Shown here: positions 38,741 through 46,764 of the stretch, one piece after another
Numbering within the stretch: the first letter of the stretch is position 1
How the letters are laid out: each line of letters opens with the position of its first letter
Assembly (NCBI GenBank): GCA_027319905.1
Contig: DAHVMJ010000001.1
Coordinates: 64,001 to 128,000 of the forward strand
Direction of reading: 5' to 3'
Source of the DNA: Candidatus Micrarchaeota archaeon
GTDB taxonomy: Archaea > Micrarchaeota > Micrarchaeia > Micrarchaeales > CABMGC01
Length of the DNA stretch: 64,000 nucleotides
The notes under the pieces: generated by a model
Told to the model about the DNA's origin: nothing
Database searches by the model: none
What the model saw: only the letters and a program-made list of their open reading frames with translations
Position numbers and translations under genes: made by a program

Positions 38741-39457
38741 ATGGCCTCTGATCCTGAAAACGTCAATTTCCTTGACCTCGCTTGTCTTCTGAAGATCGAG
38801 ACCGACACAACCCTCGAGCGATTTGGAAGCGTGATAAACGCGAGCGTTTTCGACGCTGCGAATATAACAGGATCGCTAAAGCAGAAAGGCCTCATAGACT
38901 TCACCGCCTACTATCCCGGCCCGAACAGCATCGTGGTTACAGACACTGGCAAGAAGCTGAAGGCCGACGCTGATGCGAAGAGCGCGGAGACCCTAGACAG
39001 TCTGGATGACGAGATACTCAAGCAGATGTCTGGGGGCAAGCGCTTCCCGACAGAGCTGAAGAGCACTCTGAACATACGCTCCAAGGACCTAGCCTTCAGG
39101 ATATACAAGCTGTTCAAGCAGAACCTGGTAAGCTACGAGCTCAAGAACGGCAACGTGGAACTCATGCTCACCGAGCAGGGTTTCCTCAAAGCCAAGCCGG
39201 CGCAGACCGTGCAGATACCTACGCCGTCACAGATGCAGGCGACGCCGCAGGCGGGGCCCGCACCGAAAGAGCAGGCGAAGGGAAATGAGGCTGCACAGAT
39301 AAACAACGGCGCAGTGGACATTAATCAGATGGCTGCGGAGCTGAAGAAACCGAAGAAGGGAAGGAAGGGCCTGATGATAGCGGTAGTTGTTGTGGTCGTG
39401 ATAATTGCAGTGCTCTACTACCTCTACTACCAGGGTATGCTCCAGTTTGCTTTGTGA
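38741..39457 (+). CDS. Hypothetical tandem wHTH-like protein with C-terminal TM anchor
   Basis: Two LK.KGLI / L.K.NLV...LT..G wHTH-like units, P/Q/A-rich linker, basic patch, hydrophobic tail. Confidence 0.65.
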   Translation: MASDPENVNFLDLACLLKIETDTTLERFGSVINASVFDAANITGSLKQKGLIDFTAYYPGPNSIVVTDTGKKLKADADAKSAETLDSLDDEILKQMSGGKRFPTELKSTLNIRSKDLAFRIYKLFKQNLVSYELKNGNVELMLTEQGFLKAKPAQTVQIPTPSQMQATPQAGPAPKEQAKGNEAAQINNGAVDINQMAAELKKPKKGRKGLMIAVVVVVVIIAVLYYLYYQGMLQFAL

Positions 39458-39461
39458 GAAC

Positions 39462-40079
39462 ATGGCATTACTTGAATACATGCAGGCAAAGAAGCTGCTG
39501 GACAAGTACAAGATACGCAGCGCCGACAGCGGATACGTGGGGAGCGTGAAGGAAGCGGTTGCCTTCTCCGCGGGAAAGCGAATAGTACTCAAGCTCATTT
39601 CTGTAAAGGCGCTGCACAAAAGCAAGGCCGGACTGGTAAAACTCGATCTAGAAAAGGAAGACGAGATTGCAAGTGCGTACGATGACCTGATGAAACGCGG
39701 AAAGACTCTGAAACCTTACAAGATACTGGCGCAGAAGATGGCGGAACCGGGAGTTGAGATAATAATAGGCGGAAACACAGACAAACAGTTCGGAAAGATG
39801 CTTCTGGTGGGGCTCGGTGGAGTTTATGTGGAAGCGTTCAAGGATGTTCAGATGCGTCTATGCCCCATAACGAAGGCCGACGCCGAGGATATGCTCGCCG
39901 AGCTGCAGTCAAGGAACGTGGTAACGTACAACGGTAAGGCGGAAGACGAGATAGTTTCATTGCTCATGAAGGTCTCGAAGCTGCTGGTTGAGAGCAAGGG
40001 CGTACAGGAGCTTGACCTCAATCCAGTGGTGGTGAGGCCAAACTCATACGAGGTTGTTGACATTAGGATACTTACGTGA
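39462..40079 (+). CDS. acdB: ADP-forming acetate-CoA ligase beta subunit (ATP-grasp)
   Basis: HKSKAGLV, D.QFG, GLGGVYVEAFKD, ELDLNP. Confidence 0.88.
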   Translation: MALLEYMQAKKLLDKYKIRSADSGYVGSVKEAVAFSAGKRIVLKLISVKALHKSKAGLVKLDLEKEDEIASAYDDLMKRGKTLKPYKILAQKMAEPGVEIIIGGNTDKQFGKMLLVGLGGVYVEAFKDVQMRLCPITKADAEDMLAELQSRNVVTYNGKAEDEIVSLLMKVSKLLVESKGVQELDLNPVVVRPNSYEVVDIRILT

Positions 40080-40083
40080 AAAA

Positions 40084-41478
40084 ATGAGCAGCAGAGTAGA
40101 CCTTACACCAATGATGAAGCCGAAGAGCGTGGCCATAATAGGCGCCTCGCGCAACCCAGAGAAGGTGGGAAACGTCATACTTCAGAACTACGTGAGCGCA
40201 GGCTATCCGGGCAAGCTTTATCCAGTAAATCTCAACGCCGAGGAAGTGTTGGGTTTCAAAGCATACAAGAAGGTCACCGATATCGGCGCTGAGGTAGACC
40301 TGGCAGTGATTGCAATACCCGCTGCTGCTGTGCCACTGGCGCTCGAACAGTGCGGAAGAGCAAAGGTAAAGTCCGCAGTTGTGGTGAGCGGAGGATTCGC
40401 AGAGATAGGGGAGACAAAACTACAGGAAAGAATCACTGAAATAGCAAAGAAGTACCACATAGCGATGGTGGGGCCTAACTGCCTCGGGGTGATGGACACG
40501 CGTTCGAAGGTAGACACGCTATTCCTACCCACCAAGAAGATAAGCAAGCCAAAGGTGGGCTTTGTCAGCTTTGTGTCTCAGAGCGGCGCTGTGGGCAGCA
40601 CCGTACTAGACGTGATCGCTGATGAGGGCTTCGGGCTATCGAAGTTCATATCCTACGGCAACGCCGCGTACGTAGACGAAGTGGACATACTTGAATACCT
40701 GATGAACGACGACGAGACCAAGGTGATTGTGCTATATATTGAGGGCATAAAGCGCGGGAAGGAGTTCGTCGAGCTCGCAAAGAAGCTTACAAGGATAAAG
40801 CCAGTTGTTGTGCTGAAGGCAGGCAGAACGAGCGCGGGCACTGCAGCGGCGCAGTCTCACACGGCATCGCTTGCAGGGAACTATGCAGTGCACGAGGCAA
40901 TATTCAGGCAGTTCGGCTTCGCTGTTGCCAATGACCTGACCGAGCTTCTCTACTACGCGAAGATTTTCGCTTCGGAGGTAAAGCCGAGAGGAAACCGGGT
41001 GGCGGTGATAACAAACGGAGGCGGTGCTGGGGTTATAACTGCTGACGAGATTGCGTCTTCGCGCTACCTGAAGATGGCCGATTACACAGATGGCACAAAG
41101 AAGTCGCTGAGGAAGGTGATGCCTGCGCTGGTAAACATGACAAACCCCATGGATCTCGCAGGAGACGCGGACGAAAACAGATACAGGTTTGCGCTTGATG
41201 CTCTAGGTGCGGACGCAAACGTAGACATGCTCATCGTGATAATACTTTATCAGACGCCGGGCGCAGATCCGGCGGTTACCAACGAGGTTGTGCAGAAGAA
41301 GATAACGCTGAACAAGCCGCTGCTAGTGGTCAGCATAGGTTCGGACTACACCGAGAAACAGGTCAAACTGCTGGAAGAAGGGGGTGTGCCAGTATACGAT
41401 TCTCCGATAGCTGCTATAGATTCGCTTGAGGCGCTCTTCGAGTATGCAGAATACAAGAAGAGGCTTGATTCCGATTAG
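40084..41478 (+). CDS. acdA: ADP-forming acetate-CoA ligase alpha subunit
   Basis: PKSVAIIGAS, GPNCLG, SQSGA, SHTASLAG (phospho-His), TNGGG, NPMDL. Confidence 0.92.
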   Translation: MSSRVDLTPMMKPKSVAIIGASRNPEKVGNVILQNYVSAGYPGKLYPVNLNAEEVLGFKAYKKVTDIGAEVDLAVIAIPAAAVPLALEQCGRAKVKSAVVVSGGFAEIGETKLQERITEIAKKYHIAMVGPNCLGVMDTRSKVDTLFLPTKKISKPKVGFVSFVSQSGAVGSTVLDVIADEGFGLSKFISYGNAAYVDEVDILEYLMNDDETKVIVLYIEGIKRGKEFVELAKKLTRIKPVVVLKAGRTSAGTAAAQSHTASLAGNYAVHEAIFRQFGFAVANDLTELLYYAKIFASEVKPRGNRVAVITNGGGAGVITADEIASSRYLKMADYTDGTKKSLRKVMPALVNMTNPMDLAGDADENRYRFALDALGADANVDMLIVIILYQTPGADPAVTNEVVQKKITLNKPLLVVSIGSDYTEKQVKLLEEGGVPVYDSPIAAIDSLEALFEYAEYKKRLDSD

Positions 41479-42677
41479 GAAAAGAGTTCCTCCAGCGCTT
41501 TCTTCACCACCTTGTCCTTGCTGCCTTCCTCGCTGAGAAGCTCGAAGAGTTCCGATGGGCTAACTCCGAGTTCGTACTTGCTCTGTTTCAGCTTCTCCAC
41601 GAATATGCCAAGCCCGTAGTCCTTGACCGACATGTTCTCCAGGGTGCCCTTCCTGAGTGCGTCGACGTCTGTACTGTTCTCCATTACCTCGTCCATCCCA
41701 GGCTTCGCTATCTCCACGATCGCCCTCCCTGCATACTCCCCTATTATGCCATGAAAATCCACATCTATCCCGCGCACCCCTTTTTTCATCGTGCCATCTA
41801 TCTCGACGCGAACCACCGGGTTTGCTGGAAAAGACGAGAGCACGGAGTCTATGCTTTTCTTTATCTCGCTTGATAGCACGTCAGCGGACCTGCCATCAGC
41901 ACTCACAGTTACGACTACGAATTTTCTGGACTTTATCTTGTGGAACGAGTATGTGTTGGCCTTTGTGTCGAACACGAAAAACCCCTTTTCCTCCTGTTCC
42001 GCGTCCTTCAGCTGCGTGAGCACAGTGCTGCCTGGTATCAGGAACTGCTTGCCGTGCACCTTCTTCTCCACCCTGTTGTGTATGTGGCCGTTCACGTAAA
42101 GATCGAACCCCTGTGGCAGCTGGTCGAGGCGTATGAAGTCGTCACTGAAGGGAAGCAGTTCGTACGCTGACTGGTGAAACATGAAGATGCTAAAGTGCCC
42201 AGGCATCGGCTTGGGATTGAGTTTGTGAATCGTTTCAAGGAAACGCTCATCGGATACGCCGCCTATTCCATACACCATTACCTTTTCTCCGTCCTTCTCA
42301 ACAACCGCAGAACCATCGCTAACGTCAACAAGAAGCCCGGCAAGGCCGAGAAGATTGACCGGATTCTCAGTTCCCTGCGCACGGCGTTCGTGGGTGCCTG
42401 GGATTGCGAGTATGGGCACGTCCGTATACGCCTTGCCCTCCGCCTCAACTTTTGTCACCTTTGCCGACCATTCTTTTTTCGAAAGGTTGCGGAACAGGTT
42501 GATGGCCTCTGCAAGAACGTCGGGCTTGGGGTTGCGCACATCAAAGATATCACCCGGTATGACTATCGCGTCCGCTGCCTTTGACGCTTCCTCGAGCGCT
42601 TCCTCTGCTTGTCTGAAGGCGTCGCCACGAAAGCGCTCGTAGCCTAGGTGAAAATCGGATGCTATTGCTATCTTCAA
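41475..42677 (-). CDS. mre11: Mre11/SbcD DNA repair nuclease
   Basis: SDFHLG, GDIFD, PGTHE, FHQ, GHIH, PGS. Confidence 0.85.
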   Translation of the reverse strand: MKIAIASDFHLGYERFRGDAFRQAEEALEEASKAADAIVIPGDIFDVRNPKPDVLAEAINLFRNLSKKEWSAKVTKVEAEGKAYTDVPILAIPGTHERRAQGTENPVNLLGLAGLLVDVSDGSAVVEKDGEKVMVYGIGGVSDERFLETIHKLNPKPMPGHFSIFMFHQSAYELLPFSDDFIRLDQLPQGFDLYVNGHIHNRVEKKVHGKQFLIPGSTVLTQLKDAEQEEKGFFVFDTKANTYSFHKIKSRKFVVVTVSADGRSADVLSSEIKKSIDSVLSSFPANPVVRVEIDGTMKKGVRGIDVDFHGIIGEYAGRAIVEIAKPGMDEVMENSTDVDALRKGTLENMSVKDYGLGIFVEKLKQSKYELGVSPSELFELLSEEGSKDKVVKKALEELFS

Positions 42678-42796
42678 ACATACCCCATAGTATTCTACAT
42701 GAAAAATATTTTAATGCGGTGCAGGAGGCCTTGGTGTAAGAAATTGGACATGAAGCAAGTAGAAGATAGTGGATGCGGGAAGCCAAGAACACGCTA

Positions 42797-43801
42797 CTAC
42801 GAAGCAGGGCTTGCTCCCCTTTCCATGATCTGCCTAATGCGCCTAACCGTTTCTTCACCTGCCAGTTGGGCCGCTTCGCGTTTTATGCCATAGGCTCCGG
42901 CCGCGCAGGCGTGACCGCCGCCGCTGCCACCTATGAGACCACCTACCTCTTCCATGATGAGTCCGAGATGCATTGACAGTTTTTTGTCAAGCGGAGGGCG
43001 TAATCTCGCAGATATCGATGCTTCTGTGTTCCCCTCAACCCAGAACACCGCGGCGTCGGCATCTAGCTTGAGTGCCGTATCTGCTACAACATTAGCGTGC
43101 TCTGTTGCCCTGCCGTATACAAGAAGGTATTTGCCGACTATCTCTGCCTTTGATGCAAAAACGTCTTTCATGACCCGGTACTTGTTTTCCACAGGTACGC
43201 TTTCGTGGAAGTACTCGGAAAAGAACGAGAAGTCCACCTTTGCGACTTCCAGCAGTTCCGCCACCTGCCTGAAGGTGAGGGGCGAGGAGTTTTGCATCTC
43301 CGCCGAATCGGCTATTATGCCGTTGAGGAGTAGCATGGCCTCGTTCCTGCCCACACTGACACCCAGTTTCTTCATGACCTCGTAGGTTATACTTGCAGTG
43401 GAGTTGTATGACTCGTCATTGAACATGAGAGCTTCAACGCTCTCGTCTTTGTGGACCGCGTGGTGGTCTATGAATAAGATCCCCGCTGTCGATGGAACCA
43501 GACGCGCCGCCATGCGGCCAAGCGCAGTCATGTTGTTGGCATCGAACACTATAACAAGATCTGGAGCTTCTGGAAGGGTGGAACTTATCCTATTCGAATA
43601 GCCGAGATATGAGAGCATGCGTTTGGCGTTGTTGGTTATGAAATCAGGAGTCACCACCTGTGCCTTTGAGAAAAAAGCAGAGAGCGCTACCGCGGAACCG
43701 ACCGCGTCCCTATCGCCAATTGTGTGGAAGGTGAGTACAACACGCTTGTCCTTGTAGACTCTCAGCTTATCGCAGAGCTCGTTTAGGGCGACCACACGCA
43801 T
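42797..43801 (-). CDS. DHH family phosphoesterase
   Basis: H..GDRDA, IDHH, GGGGHA. Confidence 0.9.
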   Translation of the reverse strand: MRVVALNELCDKLRVYKDKRVVLTFHTIGDRDAVGSAVALSAFFSKAQVVTPDFITNNAKRMLSYLGYSNRISSTLPEAPDLVIVFDANNMTALGRMAARLVPSTAGILFIDHHAVHKDESVEALMFNDESYNSTASITYEVMKKLGVSVGRNEAMLLLNGIIADSAEMQNSSPLTFRQVAELLEVAKVDFSFFSEYFHESVPVENKYRVMKDVFASKAEIVGKYLLVYGRATEHANVVADTALKLDADAAVFWVEGNTEASISARLRPPLDKKLSMHLGLIMEEVGGLIGGSGGGHACAAGAYGIKREAAQLAGEETVRRIRQIMERGASPAS

Positions 43802-43807
43802 CGCACG

Positions 43808-44170
43808 TCAGCCCCTACCCTGGCCCTGCTTGTACAGCTGCGTTATCTTCTCTCCGATCTGTTTCTCCTTTGCTCTTAGCTCGTTGAGCTGCTTCGTCAG
43901 GGAGCCTATGCGCACTTCGGCCAACTCCTCCTTGTCCTTTATGTCTGCAAGGGCCTTTTCCTTGTTGGTTTCCACTATGACTCCGCCCACCGTTATGTAC
44001 ACTCTGCCGCTTGATCCGCCCACCTCTTCTTTCGCTCTTGCAAGTTCTGTCTTTTGAATTTGCAACTGGTCTAGCTGCATGGAAGTGGCTCGCAGCTGCT
44101 CCTGTAGCATCTGATAATCGCGAACTGTCTTCTCCGCCTCGTTTTCTTCCTGGTTTGTCTGCTGCGCCAT
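43808..44170 (-). CDS. pfdB: Prefoldin beta subunit
   Basis: Coiled coil, VY..VGGVIVE hairpin, coiled coil; followed by DHH gene. Confidence 0.9.
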   Translation of the reverse strand: MAQQTNQEENEAEKTVRDYQMLQEQLRATSMQLDQLQIQKTELARAKEEVGGSSGRVYITVGGVIVETNKEKALADIKDKEELAEVRIGSLTKQLNELRAKEKQIGEKITQLYKQGQGRG

Positions 44171-44179
44171 AATATCTCC

Positions 44180-44350
44180 CTAGAACCTTCTGGCTCCTCC
44201 GATAACCCTTGCCTGTAACGACTCAGTTCTTTTGATAGATATTTCCAGTTCAAAAAGCGCGCCGCTCAGCGCGGTCGTGACTCTCATTGAAGCAGCAGAC
44301 TCGTGATTGTATTCAGGTTCGAATTCGATTTCCTTTGCTATCATATTCAT
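44180..44350 (-). CDS. Small 56-aa ORF not in ORF track
   Basis: MNMIAKEIEFEPEYNHESAASMRVTTALSGALFELEISIKRTESLQARVIGGARRF; ATG overlaps upstream TGA; stop 9 bp before pfdB. Confidence 0.5.
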   Translation of the reverse strand: MNMIAKEIEFEPEYNHESAASMRVTTALSGALFELEISIKRTESLQARVIGGARRF

Positions 44351-44544
44351 GCCTTCAGTTCCTCGACGTGCACATCCTTTGAATCGACGCCCTCGAAGAG
44401 GTTTTTGAGTAGATTCTCTATCCCAAATTTCATAAGCTTTGCCTGATACCTTGAGAGGAAGACCTTCCGCCCCGCCTCGTCTCTGATTATTACAGCGCCG
44501 CCATCGTCGACGGTCACGAAAAGCGTCTGCTTGCTGTCATACAC
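44347..44544 (-). CDS. Small hypothetical protein
   Basis: 65-aa ORF, GTG start, heads the pfdB unit. Confidence 0.6.
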   Translation of the reverse strand: MYDSKQTLFVTVDDGGAVIIRDEAGRKVFLSRYQAKLMKFGIENLLKNLFEGVDSKDVHVEELKA

Positions 44545-44640
44545 CTTGTAGTATCTGGCCGCTGCACCACCACAGGAACTGCATATAAACCTAGCGGGAC
44601 TAAGTTATAAGCGTTTACTGACAAGATTTTGGTTTGAGAT

Positions 44641-45123
44641 ATGCCAGAGCTAAGCGAATCGGAGCTGATAGACAAGGAGGTGACGCTCAGGAACATGCGC
44701 CTCACCAAGGAGGTGCTTGAAACGCGCAGGTCCATAGTGAGATGGCTGGCGCTATCTCTAGGTGTAATTAATCCTGGCGAGTCTAGACTGAGCTCTGTTG
44801 CGGTTCTCGACGCGCTTCTCAACTTCCAGTTCATAAAAAAGAGCGACCCGAGCGTGGCAGACCTGCAGGAATACATCACCAGGAACTGGGAGAGCATGAA
44901 TGAGAAGACGCTGAGGTACCACCTCCTGCGCATGAAGAAGATGGGTCTTGTGGAAAATTCGCAGGGCAGGTTCTATCTCAAACCTCCGGCCATGGGTGAC
45001 AAGTACGACGCAATTACGTGGGCTGCGGGGCTCTACGAAACAGACTACAAAGAGATAGCGGGCAAGATAGGAGAGGCTATACGCGAGCTCAGGAGCAAGA
45101 ACACAATGGATGTGGTGCAGTGA
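44641..45123 (+). CDS. Conserved wHTH-like protein
   Basis: EKTLRYHLLRMKKMGLVE...G.FYL. Confidence 0.75.
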   Translation: MPELSESELIDKEVTLRNMRLTKEVLETRRSIVRWLALSLGVINPGESRLSSVAVLDALLNFQFIKKSDPSVADLQEYITRNWESMNEKTLRYHLLRMKKMGLVENSQGRFYLKPPAMGDKYDAITWAAGLYETDYKEIAGKIGEAIRELRSKNTMDVVQ

Positions 45124-46760
45124 AGAGAGAAATCTACGCGTGGATAGCGATAATCGTAGTGATAGCTGCGGTAGCTCTCTTCTTCCGCTATTTCTATCAG
45201 CCAACAATAAGCATCGCTCTTAGCATCAGCCCGACGTCGCGCGTACACCTGTATCCGTACCAGAAGGCAGCGTTTGAGATAAATGTGTTCAACAATGGAA
45301 GCAGCGCCATAGAGAACATGAGCCTGGGAGTGCTGATCAATGGCAACCTAAGCACGCTCTACAAAGTAACACTGCCAGCGGGCAAGCAGAGCACAATCGC
45401 CTACAACTACTCACCTACAGCGGCTGGAAATTACTCCATACAGGTGGTCGCCGACCCAGGAAAGCTTTACAACATAGCTGACAGATCACAGGCCACGACC
45501 AACGCGTCAGTGGGAGTGATCGCCGCCGATAACGCGACTCCCTCTGAATTGCTACCAAAGGGGAATATGACCTCGTTCAGACACGCCACGCTAACGAATG
45601 GCGCGTATCTGCTGGGCACGTACATGTATGACCAATTCAACGTGAGTGAGTTTACGCTCACCGGCAACGGGCAGATAGACAGCTTCCTTAAGCCGGTTCT
45701 GAACATCACAGCGAACTACATCAAAAACATCTCTGCAGCCGAGGCCAGCTACTCCATCAACAACAGCCGGGTTTATTCGGTGTGGATAAAGGGATACCTG
45801 TCCCCGAACATCTTCTCTGCTGCAACATTCGGCTCCAGCCTCAGCACAACCAATGTCAGCACCGCTGCCGGGACCGTGATCTTCATCAAGATGCTAAACG
45901 ACACAACGTTCTGCGGCTGGTACGCGGGCGGGTGGATAAAAGTATTGGCGGAACAGTATGGAGTCGCCTGCTATTCCATAATAAATGCGACATCATCCAA
46001 TGTAAACGCAGTGCAGCCGGCGGGCCTTGGAAACAGGTTCAGATCCGGCATCACAATAGCAAACGCTACCGCTCTAGGCAACTACAGCCTGACCAGCCAG
46101 AAAGGCGACTACCTTGCCAGCCTGTCTCTGATCAAGAACTCCTCGTTCGTGTATGACACCATATCAAACACGAGCGGCGAGCACAGCAACCTGTGCTTTG
46201 GACTTATAGGCTCTGCTTACAACACGTCCTACTGCAGCGTCTACATCTTCTCCAAGTCGAACGCGCTGTCAGGGATAGCGCTGATAAGGACAACTGCATA
46301 CGTGGGCGCCTACAATCTTACAGCGTTCTCGCTCATAAATGTCTCCCATGCGGTTGTACAGGCGCAGGCCGCAGAGGGCATACTCCATGCCATCAATGTA
46401 AGTGGCACATCGCTGTCGTTCATAACAGGAATAGTGAACACGTGCGCATTCAATGATTCGTTTACATGCGGCAACATAACCTACAACAACGGCACGGTCA
46501 CGTTCAGCATAAAGAACAACATGAGCAACACGGCGACGCTCAACAGCGTGGAATGCTACACCGCCATTGGGGTGTTCAACACCACGCTCGGAGTGGCGCT
46601 CGCTGGTGGAAGCTCGCGCGGCATCACTACCCCGTGCTATAATCTGACAACGCCGCTAAGCGGCGCATTGCTCAATCTTCACCTGAACCTCAAGCTCAAC
46701 TATACCGTTTCAAACTCTACGCGCTCTCTGGTGGGAAGCGCTTTCATACCGTTTGGATAA
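45120..46760 (+). CDS. Membrane-anchored surface protein with CARDB-like Ig domain
   Basis: GTG overlapping upstream stop, N-terminal TM, AGNYSIQVVADP, many N-x-S/T sequons. Confidence 0.75.
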   Translation: MKREIYAWIAIIVVIAAVALFFRYFYQPTISIALSISPTSRVHLYPYQKAAFEINVFNNGSSAIENMSLGVLINGNLSTLYKVTLPAGKQSTIAYNYSPTAAGNYSIQVVADPGKLYNIADRSQATTNASVGVIAADNATPSELLPKGNMTSFRHATLTNGAYLLGTYMYDQFNVSEFTLTGNGQIDSFLKPVLNITANYIKNISAAEASYSINNSRVYSVWIKGYLSPNIFSAATFGSSLSTTNVSTAAGTVIFIKMLNDTTFCGWYAGGWIKVLAEQYGVACYSIINATSSNVNAVQPAGLGNRFRSGITIANATALGNYSLTSQKGDYLASLSLIKNSSFVYDTISNTSGEHSNLCFGLIGSAYNTSYCSVYIFSKSNALSGIALIRTTAYVGAYNLTAFSLINVSHAVVQAQAAEGILHAINVSGTSLSFITGIVNTCAFNDSFTCGNITYNNGTVTFSIKNNMSNTATLNSVECYTAIGVFNTTLGVALAGGSSRGITTPCYNLTTPLSGALLNLHLNLKLNYTVSNSTRSLVGSAFIPFG

Positions 46761-46764
46761 GGAT

